Origin: an uncultured Ignavibacteriales bacterium | GTDB taxonomy: Bacteria > Zixibacteria > MSB-5A5 > GN15 > FEB-12 | Direction of reading: 5' to 3' | NCBI GenBank assembly: GCA_964540105.1 | Contig: CAZILL010000002.1 | Span: 811,705-875,704, forward strand | DNA length: 64,000 nt | Shown: positions 1 to 9,048 of the stretch, in pieces | Layout of the letters: the number at the start of each line of letters is the position of its first letter | How positions within the stretch are numbered: position 1 is the stretch's first letter | The notes under the pieces: model-generated | What the model was told of the DNA's origin: nothing | Seen by the model: the letters and a program-made list of their open reading frames with translations, nothing else | The model's database searches: none | Program-made: the position numbers and the translations under genes

Positions 1-1
1 T

Positions 2-901
2 GGCATACTCGTGGTCGACGAATATACCGAAGACAGTGAGTTCAACCCCTCGGCGGCACAACACGCTGCTTTCTGTGACTCAGTTTTTGGTCCAGCCCTT
101 CGCAATTCAATAGTCGTCGACTCCATATCCAAGGCGCTGACTCGTGATCAGGCGGCTCAGTACTCTTCAATTTTTTGGTTCGACGACGACATTGTAACGA
201 AGCTGCTGCCATACAGCCGGGAGAATCTCAAGTGGTACACGGGATTCGCGACTAATCTGTTCCTGGGCGGCTACGAGACGATCCGCCAGTTCTGCGCAGT
301 CACCCCATTAGCGCCGGGGAACCTGCTCTACGATCAGTTCATGCTTCAGAGCTTTTCTGTCAATTATCCACGAGATTTTGTCGCGGCCAAAGGTCAGTTT
401 GGCTGGCCTACGATCCAACTGGATACCACACGCGGCATGCGCAACATGGGAGATATCCCCTCGCTCATGGCGCGGCCAGGGGCACAAGTGATTTACACCT
501 ATCACTCCAGTATTGCCGATCCGGCTCGCGAAGGCGCGCCAGTTGGCATTGCCTATGACTCTCCTCAGGGGCGTCGGATTTTGCTGGCTTTTCCGCTCTA
601 CTACATGACTCCGACCACAGCTTCTGCATTCATCGCAGCGGCGCGCACCTATTTCCATGAATCGGGAACGGAGAGCCCCAACGGTGACCTCGACGGATCA
701 GGGTATTGCGATGTTCTCGACCTCGTAATTCTGATCGACTACCTCGCCTTTAGTCTCCCACTTACGGCTGGATTAGAAGCGGCTGATGCCAATGGATCAT
801 GTGAAATTGACATCGGCGATATCTTCTTTATCGTTGACTATCTCATCGGCGGTGGGGAACCGCCTCGCGCAGGGTGCGCACGAATGTCGGCAGGTCAGTA
901 G
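2..901 (+). CDS. 5-prime-truncated secreted protein with C-terminal dockerin-like Ca-binding repeat pair
   Basis: The frame is open to the window edge, with no in-frame stop upstream of the GTG at 11, so the CDS continues upstream. The C-terminus (about nt 680-870) has two dockerin/EF-hand-type repeats: NGDLDGSGYCDVLDLVILIDYL and ADANGSCEIDIGDIFFIVDYLIGG. The rest of the protein is not recognised. Confidence 0.6.
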   Translation, partial: GILVVDEYTEDSEFNPSAAQHAAFCDSVFGPALRNSIVVDSISKALTRDQAAQYSSIFWFDDDIVTKLLPYSRENLKWYTGFATNLFLGGYETIRQFCAVTPLAPGNLLYDQFMLQSFSVNYPRDFVAAKGQFGWPTIQLDTTRGMRNMGDIPSLMARPGAQVIYTYHSSIADPAREGAPVGIAYDSPQGRRILLAFPLYYMTPTTASAFIAAARTYFHESGTESPNGDLDGSGYCDVLDLVILIDYLAFSLPLTAGLEAADANGSCEIDIGDIFFIVDYLIGGGEPPRAGCARMSAGQ

Positions 902-1055
902 ACCGGAGTTACTGCCCTTGCACATTTTGTGAAATCGTCGCCTGCGAACCTTCTGTTTTCTCAACCGAACCGCCAGAGCCTGAGCGGCCAGCAGCTCGTG
1001 TCGGCAAATTCTTTGTTGATTGACAACAAGTTAGGGGACCGCATCGGAAAGGGGC

Positions 1056-1895
1056 ATGGCTCTTGCTCTAACAGAGAGCGTGAAAACGAATGTGCTTTCC
1101 CAGGTCCGGATCATCGAGGCGAGCAGAGTCCTTCAGTTCGAATGGCCCCAGGAGCGGGATCAGCATGACGAGCGTCGAGTTGACGACAACGGAACAGTGC
1201 GGCACCCGCTTCCCGTGCTCGACTTGGGGGACGGATCGTTTATCCTGCTTGATGATTCCAAGCAATTGAGAGCGCTCACGGAGACGGGGCTGCCGCACCT
1301 GCTGGTTCAGGTCTGCACCCGCAAGAGCATTCGGGTGATCTCACCGAAGCTCGGGTTAGTCAGTTTTGGGTATGAGGACCTGCTTCGACTGGTGTCGAAA
1401 CATCCTGATCAGATGGCGATCGGCGCTCCCACAGAGGCAATCCCGACCGGATATATGTCAATACCCTTCGAGTTTCCATATCGCACGCCGATATCGTTCT
1501 ATCTTAGAAACTCCACGCGGGTCGGTTGCCCGTTGCCGATGGAGTATCTCTTCCGCTCTATCCTCGAGCAGGGTCGCTATGTGCCGATCGTTGACCGCCG
1601 ACAGCGGGCTGACGCCGTCTTCCGTGCTGTTCCCCACAGCGGCATGTTGGCGATGCCCTCCTTCACACTTGAGGACATCGAGAGCGCTGCGACGTCGGAA
1701 CGATTATTTCCCCCGAATGTGATTCGCCTTCAATCTGACTCGCGCGTCTTCAATATCGATTTCCCCGTATCAATCCTTCGGGCCGAGATGCCGTCCGAAG
1801 AAAAGGAGACCTTCCTGCGCGACCTGATTGTCTTCAGGGAGCAGTCCTATCGGACCACCTTCTTTGAAGGTCAAGTCTACATTCTCAATCGCTGA
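1056..1895 (+). CDS. hypothetical protein (weak ParB-N-like pattern only)
   Basis: 279-aa ATG-initiated ORF. PVLDLGDGSFILLDDSKQLRALTETGLPHLLVQV loosely resembles the ParB N-terminal strand-helix-strand but lacks the GHHR residues. No family assignment is possible by eye. Confidence 0.45.
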   Translation: MALALTESVKTNVLSQVRIIEASRVLQFEWPQERDQHDERRVDDNGTVRHPLPVLDLGDGSFILLDDSKQLRALTETGLPHLLVQVCTRKSIRVISPKLGLVSFGYEDLLRLVSKHPDQMAIGAPTEAIPTGYMSIPFEFPYRTPISFYLRNSTRVGCPLPMEYLFRSILEQGRYVPIVDRRQRADAVFRAVPHSGMLAMPSFTLEDIESAATSERLFPPNVIRLQSDSRVFNIDFPVSILRAEMPSEEKETFLRDLIVFREQSYRTTFFEGQVYILNR

Positions 1896-2019
1896 AAAAT
1901 TATTGTTGTATCCCTTCTCCGGGAGCCGATAGATTGAGCCATGTTGGCCAGTCTGTGCGACGTCATAGCCCGCGAATCGATTTCAGCTCACTCGCTCCTC
2001 AGGGTACAATCCATCGACG

Positions 2020-2050
2020 AAAAAGCCCTGCAGCCAGCTGGCCACAGGGC
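2020..2050 (-). terminator. putative rho-independent terminator downstream of rpsT
   Basis: GCCCTG (2025-2030) pairs with CAGGGC (2045-2050) around an internally palindromic GCCAGCTGGC loop. On the minus strand the hairpin is followed by TTTTT (complement of A 2020-2024). It lies 36 nt after the rpsT stop. Confidence 0.5.
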
Positions 2051-2085
2051 AAACAGTCGTTTTCTGAACTACGAGAGGAAGGACC

Positions 2086-2355
2086 CTAACCGAGTTTCTG
2101 CACAAACATCGCCAGGCGCGACTTGTTGCGGCTGGCGTTCTTCTTATGAATCAAATTATCGGCGGCGGCTTGATCCAGCAGGCTCGACGCCTCGCGGTAC
2201 TTTGTGGCCGCCAGCTGCTTATCCTTCTCGCCGCGAAGGTCTTTCAGAGCTGAGCGGAGTTTGGAACGGAACACTCGGTTCTTCACGCGATCCCGCTCAG
2301 AGGTTTTCATCCGCTTTTCACACGACTTGTGATTAGGCAAGGCAATTCCTTTCAA
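2086..2355 (-). CDS. rpsT: 30S ribosomal protein S20
   Basis: The 89-aa basic protein has the S20 N-terminus PNHKSCEKRMKTSERDRVKNRVFRSKLRSALK and a C-terminal IHKNKASRNKSRL-like motif (IHKKNASRNKSRL). The start is ambiguous: TTG at 2355 or TTG at 2340, directly before PNHKS. Confidence 0.9.
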   Translation of the reverse strand: MKGIALPNHKSCEKRMKTSERDRVKNRVFRSKLRSALKDLRGEKDKQLAATKYREASSLLDQAAADNLIHKKNASRNKSRLAMFVQKLG

Positions 2356-2374
2356 TTGGTTGCAACAAAACTAA

Positions 2375-3979
2375 GTGCGTAATATAAACGGCGGAATCGG
2401 TTTGTCAACAGATAAGGCACCCAAAAATTCGGTAGCCCGATCAACCTGGATTGTCGCCGCCGGCACCGCGTTTTCCCGAGTTTCCGGTCTGCTTCGTGAG
2501 CAGGTGATGGCCTACTATTTCGGAGCCGGCATGGCCACCGACGCTTTTGTGTTGGCCTTCCGAATCCCGAACCTTCTGCGAGATCTTTTTGCCGAAGGGG
2601 CGCTTTCCTCCTCGTTTGTTCCGGTTTTCAAGGAACGCCTGGTGCAACAGACCCAGGAGGAAGCGTTCAAGCTAGCCAACATTGTAATCACTGCCATGGC
2701 CCTGGTCCTGGGAATCGTGACGATCCTCGGGATTGCCGCGACCCCGACGATCATCTACCTCACTGCACACGGATTCACTGACGAAGCTGACAAATTCGCC
2801 CTGACTGTCAACCTGACCCGCATGATGTGGTTCTTTCTCCCGCTCGTCTCTATTTCCGCTCTGATCATGGGGATGCTAAACTCGTTTGATCGATTCGGTT
2901 TGCCGGCCATGTCTCCGGCGATGTTCAACGTCGGCAGCGTCCTGACCGTAGTGTTCTTCTATCACGAATTTGATATGCCAGTGTACACTCTCGGGATCGG
3001 CGTGCTGGTGGGTGGAATTGGGCAGATCTTGATCCAACTGCCGTCGCTATGGAAGATCGGGTATCGATTCCGTTTCCGGCTCAGCCTTTTTGATGATGGC
3101 ATGAAGAAGATGATGAAGCTGTTTACCCCGATGATGATCGGGCTGTCCGCGGGACGGATCAACATCCTGGTGAATACACTGTTGGTTTCGTTTCTGGCCG
3201 AGGGATCGATCTCGTACTTGAATTACTCGTTCCGACTGATGCATTTCCCACTGGGGGTCTTTGCGGTGGCGCTCGGGACGGTCGCTTTGCCGCGAGCCTC
3301 AGAGATCGCCAGCAGAGGGAACATGGAAGAACTGGCCAAAATCTTCCACGAAGCGCTCAGCCTTAACTTCCTGCTCATAGTACCCTCGGCGTTCTGCCTC
3401 GGACTGATGGGGAGGGAAATTGTTGAGCTCATTTATCACTACGGAGCGTTTTCAGAGCTTCATACGACCAACACAGCATTGGCGCTGTTGCACTACTCGT
3501 ACGGTCTCATCGGTTTTGCCGCGGTGCGAGTGATTGTACCGATCTACTACGCTCTCGGGGATTCGCGCATCCCCATGAAGTGCTCGATCATCGCCGTCGC
3601 TGTAAATTTGGCGCTGTATTACCCTCTCATGAAACTGATGGATTTCGCCGGGCTGGCGGCCGCTACCTCGGTGGCTGGGCTCGTGAATTCCGGGCTCCTG
3701 ATTTACTATCTGTCAGATAAAGGGGTTCCGGTAAAATACGATAAAATCCTTCTGAACTTTGTTCGCATCTCGGTTGCTTCCGCGATTGCCATGGTTATCG
3801 CCAAATTTCTGCCCATCGATGTCTTGGTCAGCGCCGACAGCTTCGCCGGCCGTGTCGCGCACTCCTTGGTTCCCCCGACCGCGGGCGTTCTGTTGTACGT
3901 GCTGCTCTGTTCCTTCATGGGCATTCAGGAAATGGCTGTTTTGAAGCGGAAACTGCTGCGTCGACGATCCACATCATGA
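2375..3979 (+). CDS. murJ: lipid II flippase MurJ/MviN
   Basis: 534-aa polytopic membrane protein with the MurJ N-terminal signature SRVSGLLREQVMAYYFGAGMATDAFVLAFRIPNLLRDLFAEGALSSSFVPVF. The start is GTG 2375; an in-frame TTG at 2402 is an alternative. Confidence 0.9.
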   Translation: MRNINGGIGLSTDKAPKNSVARSTWIVAAGTAFSRVSGLLREQVMAYYFGAGMATDAFVLAFRIPNLLRDLFAEGALSSSFVPVFKERLVQQTQEEAFKLANIVITAMALVLGIVTILGIAATPTIIYLTAHGFTDEADKFALTVNLTRMMWFFLPLVSISALIMGMLNSFDRFGLPAMSPAMFNVGSVLTVVFFYHEFDMPVYTLGIGVLVGGIGQILIQLPSLWKIGYRFRFRLSLFDDGMKKMMKLFTPMMIGLSAGRINILVNTLLVSFLAEGSISYLNYSFRLMHFPLGVFAVALGTVALPRASEIASRGNMEELAKIFHEALSLNFLLIVPSAFCLGLMGREIVELIYHYGAFSELHTTNTALALLHYSYGLIGFAAVRVIVPIYYALGDSRIPMKCSIIAVAVNLALYYPLMKLMDFAGLAAATSVAGLVNSGLLIYYLSDKGVPVKYDKILLNFVRISVASAIAMVIAKFLPIDVLVSADSFAGRVAHSLVPPTAGVLLYVLLCSFMGIQEMAVLKRKLLRRRSTS

Positions 3980-3985
3980 TGGCGT

Positions 3986-6337
3986 ATGATTCGGCTGTTT
4001 CCGGGTCCATTTGTCCTACTCTTTGTGATTGCCGGCATCATGCTCGGCGACATCACCCATGCCAGCTCCTGGCTCTTTCTCTTTCTGTCCATCCTCTCTT
4101 TTGTTATCGGTATCTACTCAGCGTATCGACGCCGCTTGAAGGCGGCCACGATGGCTCTGGCCGTGTGCATCGGTAGCGCGGCCGGGTTCGAATTCAGTTC
4201 GGGCACGTATGATCTCGGGCCACATCACGTCGCGCGAATAATCCGGGAGCCGCAGGTTTATCAGGTCTTTGGGAAGGTTTCTGACTGGCCTGATATCCGA
4301 TCCACGTACACCGATGTTCGAATCGAGCTCGACTCGATCAGGGGGGACTTTGGCCGCAAAGTGACCGGCGCCATACTGCTGAAAGTGACCGATACGACCA
4401 CTGCTCTGCAACGAGGCGATGCCGTGGAGTTCGTCGGCAGGATCTACCCACTGAAGGGAAGCGACGATTCCCGGGGCGACTATCAGCGACGCCTCGCACT
4501 TCGAGGCATTTTTGGCACCGCGTATTTGCCTACTCTGCTTGATGTTCGCGTGGATCGACGCAGCAGCTACGGACTTGTTCACCAGGCTGATCGCCTGAGG
4601 GAATCGATTAAGGAATCCCTACAGCGAAATCTATCAGTTGAATCGGCAGCGCTGGCATGCGGATTCCTGATCGGAGAAACGCGAGATATCCCCGCTGAAA
4701 TCTATACCCGCTTTCGGGACACGGGAACACTTCATCTTCTGGCCATCTCCGGTTCGAATGTCGCGCTCTTACTTCTGGTCGTTTCCGTCCTGTTGCGACC
4801 GTTCGGCACGTCGCGCGTCACGCGATCGATTCTGCTGCTGGCGGTCGTCCTGGTGTTTTCGCTGATTTGTTATGGAGAACCGTCGGTGATTCGCGCTTCT
4901 CTCATGGCCACCCTTGTGATTCTGGCGCGGCTCGTCGGCCGACGCTACGATCTCAACAATATCATCGGCCTGACCGCTTTACTCATACTCCTCGTCCAGC
5001 CCGGCCAGCTCTTTGATGTCGGCTTTCAGCTGTCGTTTGCGACGGCCTGGGGCTTGATTTTCATCGTCCCGAAAGTTGCCCCGTTACTTGGCAGCTTTGT
5101 GGGTAATCCGTCACGGCAGGTGGATAATGCCGATCCCCAAGGTATGTCGCGGTACCGACTTCTGTTCCGCAGCCGCTGGCTCTCTTGGACACTTCTCTCG
5201 CTTGTTGTCTCTTTCGTTGCTCAGGTATCTTCCGCACCGATCATTATCTACTACTTCCGAGCAATTCCGCTCATCTCCCCGCTGGCGAATCTGCTCGTGG
5301 TCCCGATGGTTTCGTTGAGTGTGATTGGCCTCCAGCTCATCCTTGTAGCCAACCTGATCTGGCCAACGCTTGGGCTGTTCATTGGATCCTTGGTTGATCC
5401 GCTTATTCGCGCCACCTTGCGAGTGGCAAATGCGATGGGTGAGCAGCAGTGGGGAGTCGTCCGCCTCGAGAGCCATGCTGACCGCCTGATTGAGCTATTT
5501 GCAGTATTCTGCGCACTCGCGCTTCCGGCTCTGCTCGCGCTCGCGATAAGCAACAAGCGGTTTAGGCGGATAAGCGTGATCGCTTTCTGCGTGATGCTCA
5601 ATGCCGGGCTTTTCGTAGCTGCCGAGAGTGTTGTAAAGGGATCGGCTCCCTTCGTGCACATCGCCTCCGTCCCCGGTGGAGTTCTTGCGACCGTTTCGAC
5701 AGCGGCAGGCGAACCTGCGGATTGCATTTTGACAGGACTCGTCGGAAAGGAATACCCGGTCGATCAGCGCGTTCTTCTCCCGATTCTGAGCGAGCGGAAG
5801 GTCACCGATCTGGGACGTCTCTTCGTGCTCTCAGTGTCGTACGATGCGGTCGATGAACTGTTCAATCTTTCGGAACGGCTCAGAGTCGATACGCTCTACA
5901 TCCGGTCCGAACTGAGACCAATGATTGAGGACGCCCTGGCAGCCGACAGCACTCGCAGGGAGCAGACGCTGTCCGTATGCTATTTTGGAGACAGGTCTGA
6001 ATCCACACAGCATGCCGGTTATTACCTATCGAATAGCGCAATACGGCTCCACACGGCTGGGCGGGATTTCCAATTCGTGAGCAAGATTGGCTCACATGAG
6101 TTTCCGCCTGTAGAAGGGAGAGGTGCAGTTATGGTCATTGGGGGACCTTGGCAACCCTCAGCGACTGACTGGCTGGATGCGCGCAAGGCTGGTTATGACT
6201 TGGTCGTCTGTTCAAGAATCATACAGTACCACCCCCCGAACATAGACCGTAACGATCCGTATCCGGACCGCGTCGCTCCTGATTATGTCTATGATCTTGA
6301 CCGTCGCGGGAATCTGACCTTACCCTATTCCGAGTAG
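3986..6337 (+). CDS. comEC: ComEC/Rec2-family DNA internalisation channel protein with a degenerate C-terminal metallo-beta-lactamase-like region
   Basis: 783 aa. It has an N-terminal OB-like region (VTGAILLKVTD...GDAVEFVGRIYPL) and the competence-domain signature FRDTGTLHLLAISGSNVALLL within a polytopic membrane core. The C-terminal ~230 aa align in pattern to the ComEC MBL domain but lack the metal-ligand motifs. Confidence 0.85.
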   Translation: MIRLFPGPFVLLFVIAGIMLGDITHASSWLFLFLSILSFVIGIYSAYRRRLKAATMALAVCIGSAAGFEFSSGTYDLGPHHVARIIREPQVYQVFGKVSDWPDIRSTYTDVRIELDSIRGDFGRKVTGAILLKVTDTTTALQRGDAVEFVGRIYPLKGSDDSRGDYQRRLALRGIFGTAYLPTLLDVRVDRRSSYGLVHQADRLRESIKESLQRNLSVESAALACGFLIGETRDIPAEIYTRFRDTGTLHLLAISGSNVALLLLVVSVLLRPFGTSRVTRSILLLAVVLVFSLICYGEPSVIRASLMATLVILARLVGRRYDLNNIIGLTALLILLVQPGQLFDVGFQLSFATAWGLIFIVPKVAPLLGSFVGNPSRQVDNADPQGMSRYRLLFRSRWLSWTLLSLVVSFVAQVSSAPIIIYYFRAIPLISPLANLLVVPMVSLSVIGLQLILVANLIWPTLGLFIGSLVDPLIRATLRVANAMGEQQWGVVRLESHADRLIELFAVFCALALPALLALAISNKRFRRISVIAFCVMLNAGLFVAAESVVKGSAPFVHIASVPGGVLATVSTAAGEPADCILTGLVGKEYPVDQRVLLPILSERKVTDLGRLFVLSVSYDAVDELFNLSERLRVDTLYIRSELRPMIEDALAADSTRREQTLSVCYFGDRSESTQHAGYYLSNSAIRLHTAGRDFQFVSKIGSHEFPPVEGRGAVMVIGGPWQPSATDWLDARKAGYDLVVCSRIIQYHPPNIDRNDPYPDRVAPDYVYDLDRRGNLTLPYSE

Positions 6338-6468
6338 CTGAAAGCGTTCGCTGCTCGCCTGGCTGTTCCCGCTTCACAATAAAGAAATGTCCCCTTCTAC
6401 CCGATACAGATACAGAAGTAGCGGTATACAGGAGAACTCTTCATCATGATCAACAGGGCCGTGAGAAC

Positions 6469-7671
6469 ATGAGCTTGTCAGGAAATCTGCGCACGGTTTC
6501 GTTTCCCGATATCCTGCAGTTGCTGGCCACCGGGAAGAAATCCGGAATTCTCGAGTGTCGAACGGCGACTCGACAGAAGGAGGTCGCGTTTCGTGACGGC
6601 AACATCATTTTCGCCTCATCGCTCAACAGCTCTGAAGATCTCTTGGGAAATATGCTGCTCAAGCGCGGGAAGATTTCCAAAACTGATCTCGAGCGGGCCA
6701 TAACGCTGCATCGGCAGACCGGTCGCCAGTTGGGCACGACGCTGATGGATATGAACCTCTTTGACAAGGAAGAGATCGGCTTGTGTCTCAAGTTGCAGAT
6801 TGAAGAGATCGTGTACAACCTGTTCTCATGGACCGAGGGAGACTTTATTTTTCATGAAGGATCGGCGCCGAGAAACGCCCCGTTCCTGATCGAGCTGAGC
6901 ACGATGAGCGTGATCATGGAAGGGACCCGTCGCATCGACGAGTGGTTGGAAATCCAGAAAGTGCTTCCCCCCGATGATGTCCTGTTGCGGATCAACAAGT
7001 CCCCCAAGGCTAACAACGACGAGGTCGTTCTCGCGCTCGACGAATTCCGCCTGCTGTCTCTTATCAACGGTGAGAGAATCGTTCCCGAATTGATCGACCT
7101 GTCGCCAGTGGGCGAATTCGTGACGTGTCGGGCCATCTACAAATTGATCATCAACGGTTTAGTGGAAGTTGCGGGGCGTCGCGAGGCACGTCCTGAAGAG
7201 CAGGAAGATCTGGAGGAGGCGGCGCTCTCGGTCATCTTCTATCTCTATAACAACTGTTTCTTTAGAATACGAACTCTGGTCGAAGGATTGCTTGGTGATA
7301 GCAATAGCCGCTTCTCCGCTTTCACGGCGCAATATCGCAGCGGCGTGCTGACGTTCTTTCCGGGCGTTGACCCGCACGCAGAGCTGAAGCCTCCCTTCGA
7401 CAAGTTCCTTAGTGCCGTCAAAGCCTTACCCGAGGAAACCCGTTACCACACAACAATGAGCCACTTGGAGCGAATGCTCTCGGAGCAATTGGTCTTTGTC
7501 TATGAGCTGCTCGGAACCGGCGCTTTCAGGGAAGCGGTGAATCGCGCCAAGAAAGAGATCTCCGAACCGTTGGCGGTTCGACGAGATCTGGTCCAGCGCT
7601 ACAGCATTGACGAGAGTATCTATGGTACCATAAAGCGAGCTGACAAGATTGTGAAGTTGATGCGAGGATAA
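6469..7671 (+). CDS. DUF4388 (PATAN-like) domain protein
   Basis: The N-terminus LSGNLRTVSFPDILQLLATGKKSGILECRTATRQKEVAFRDGNIIFASS is the typical DUF4388 opening. A second related segment is DEFRLLSLINGERIVPELIDLSPVGEFVTCRAIYKLIINGLVEV. The C-terminal half is helical. Confidence 0.8.
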   Translation: MSLSGNLRTVSFPDILQLLATGKKSGILECRTATRQKEVAFRDGNIIFASSLNSSEDLLGNMLLKRGKISKTDLERAITLHRQTGRQLGTTLMDMNLFDKEEIGLCLKLQIEEIVYNLFSWTEGDFIFHEGSAPRNAPFLIELSTMSVIMEGTRRIDEWLEIQKVLPPDDVLLRINKSPKANNDEVVLALDEFRLLSLINGERIVPELIDLSPVGEFVTCRAIYKLIINGLVEVAGRREARPEEQEDLEEAALSVIFYLYNNCFFRIRTLVEGLLGDSNSRFSAFTAQYRSGVLTFFPGVDPHAELKPPFDKFLSAVKALPEETRYHTTMSHLERMLSEQLVFVYELLGTGAFREAVNRAKKEISEPLAVRRDLVQRYSIDESIYGTIKRADKIVKLMRG

Positions 7672-7674
7672 ACT

Positions 7675-8058
7675 ATGAAACGAAGCGTTCTTTCAGCACT
7701 AATGATGGCGCTCCTGCCTTTCGCGAATGTGAGCGTTGCCGCTCAGACTCCCCCTGCTCAAACCGTAGCGGTGACTACCGCTCCACCCCTGTTTCTGACC
7801 ATTCTCGTTCTTCTGGCGTCAGGAGCTTGCGTGTATTTCTGCTGGCAGGTGTATAGTCTCGTCAGGGGAGGACAACTGAGCCGCAGCTGGCTGTTCTTTG
7901 CGGCCGGGTTCTTTGTGCTCGGCCTCAGCCAGTTCACACAGCTTCTGGACGGATTTGGAGTTTTCTCCGTTCCGAGATTCCTGGTGCCAATGGCGCTCAT
8001 CATGATGACTGGCCTGTTTTCATTTGGGCTACTCGAGACCAAGAAGGTCTTGAGTTAG
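7675..8058 (+). CDS. small membrane protein (signal peptide plus ~3 TM helices)
   Basis: 127 aa. The ATG lies 3 nt after the upstream stop. It has a signal-like N-terminus MKRSVLSALMMALLPFANVSVAAQ followed by three hydrophobic helices. No family is recognised. Confidence 0.55.
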   Translation: MKRSVLSALMMALLPFANVSVAAQTPPAQTVAVTTAPPLFLTILVLLASGACVYFCWQVYSLVRGGQLSRSWLFFAAGFFVLGLSQFTQLLDGFGVFSVPRFLVPMALIMMTGLFSFGLLETKKVLS

Positions 8059-8071
8059 GGTTGAAATTGAG

Positions 8072-8100
8072 TTGACACAATCGGTTGTAGGATTTATTGT
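8072..8100 (+). promoter_or_regulatory. candidate sigma70-type promoter upstream of the TPR-Roadblock gene
   Basis: TTGACA (8072-8077), a 17-nt spacer, then TATTGT (8095-8100), about 74 nt upstream of the ATG at 8174. This is a pattern match only, and the promoter consensus of this lineage is unknown. Confidence 0.25.
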
Positions 8101-8173
8101 TAAGTGATACCGAAAAACCGAAGAACCGGTCTCGGTTGTCTTGCAGTGACTTAACAGAGTAGATAGAGACAAA

Positions 8174-9034
8174 ATGGCTACCGAACTCGAAGAACGAATC
8201 GACAAGTGCCAAAAGCTTCTGGATGTAGATCCGAACTCTCAGATCTTCGCTGCGCTGGCAGAAGCACACCGCTGCAAAGGGGACCTGGAGAAAGCGTTTC
8301 GAGTCTGCCAGTCGGGACTACGCACGCACCCGTCGTACGGGACCGCTCATGTCGTCATGGCCAAGATTAACCTCGATCGCGGGCTGTACGACTGGGCTGA
8401 GGCAGAAGTGAAGAAAGCGATCGAAATCGAGGGGAATGGTCGCGCAATTGAACTTCTCCTCGCGGAGATCTACATCTATAAGGGCGAGTTCAATGCGGCC
8501 GTCAAATTGCTTCGAAAGCTGCACCAAACAGATTCGAAGAACGAACAGATCAAGAAACTTCTGGATATCGCCCTGAAGCTTCCTGAGGAGCAAGCCTTAC
8601 TGATGAAATCCAAGACGCCCCCGGGGTTTGATACTGGAAACCAGTCTGCGCGAGTTCCCAAGTCGGCTGTCCAGGCCACGAGCCAGACGCTTGACATCAA
8701 GGATGTTCTGCAGGCGGGAGTGGCGATCCCGGATATCGAAGGGGCTCTGTTCATAAATGTCGAAGGGTTGGTAGTCGAATCTGAATGGCAAGTGAACCTC
8801 GATCCGAATGTGTGCAGCGCGGCGCTGGGCGACGTCGATCACTTCCTGAACCAGGCGCTCGTCAGAGGGGCTTTCGGGCGGGTTCGCACTACATTGATCG
8901 AGACGGTCGAGCAGGTGTTTTATCTTTTGCACGTCGCTGACGGACTGTTCCTTTTTGTCGGCAATAGCAAGATTAATCTCGGGACGCTTCGCATGCGAAT
9001 CGCGTCTCTCGTGGACAAATACAAAGCCAGATAG
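8174..9034 (+). CDS. TPR-repeat protein with C-terminal Roadblock/LC7 domain
   Basis: The N-terminal ~135 aa are TPR-like helical repeats (GDLEKAFRVCQSGLRTHPSYGTAHVVMAKINLDRGLYDWAEAEVKKAIEIE...). The C-terminal ~110 aa are Roadblock-like: DIKDVLQAGVAIPDIEGALFINVEGLVVESEW...GLFLFVGNSKINLGTLRMRI. Confidence 0.75.
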   Translation: MATELEERIDKCQKLLDVDPNSQIFAALAEAHRCKGDLEKAFRVCQSGLRTHPSYGTAHVVMAKINLDRGLYDWAEAEVKKAIEIEGNGRAIELLLAEIYIYKGEFNAAVKLLRKLHQTDSKNEQIKKLLDIALKLPEEQALLMKSKTPPGFDTGNQSARVPKSAVQATSQTLDIKDVLQAGVAIPDIEGALFINVEGLVVESEWQVNLDPNVCSAALGDVDHFLNQALVRGAFGRVRTTLIETVEQVFYLLHVADGLFLFVGNSKINLGTLRMRIASLVDKYKAR

Positions 9035-9048
9035 GGCAAGAGTTACCT

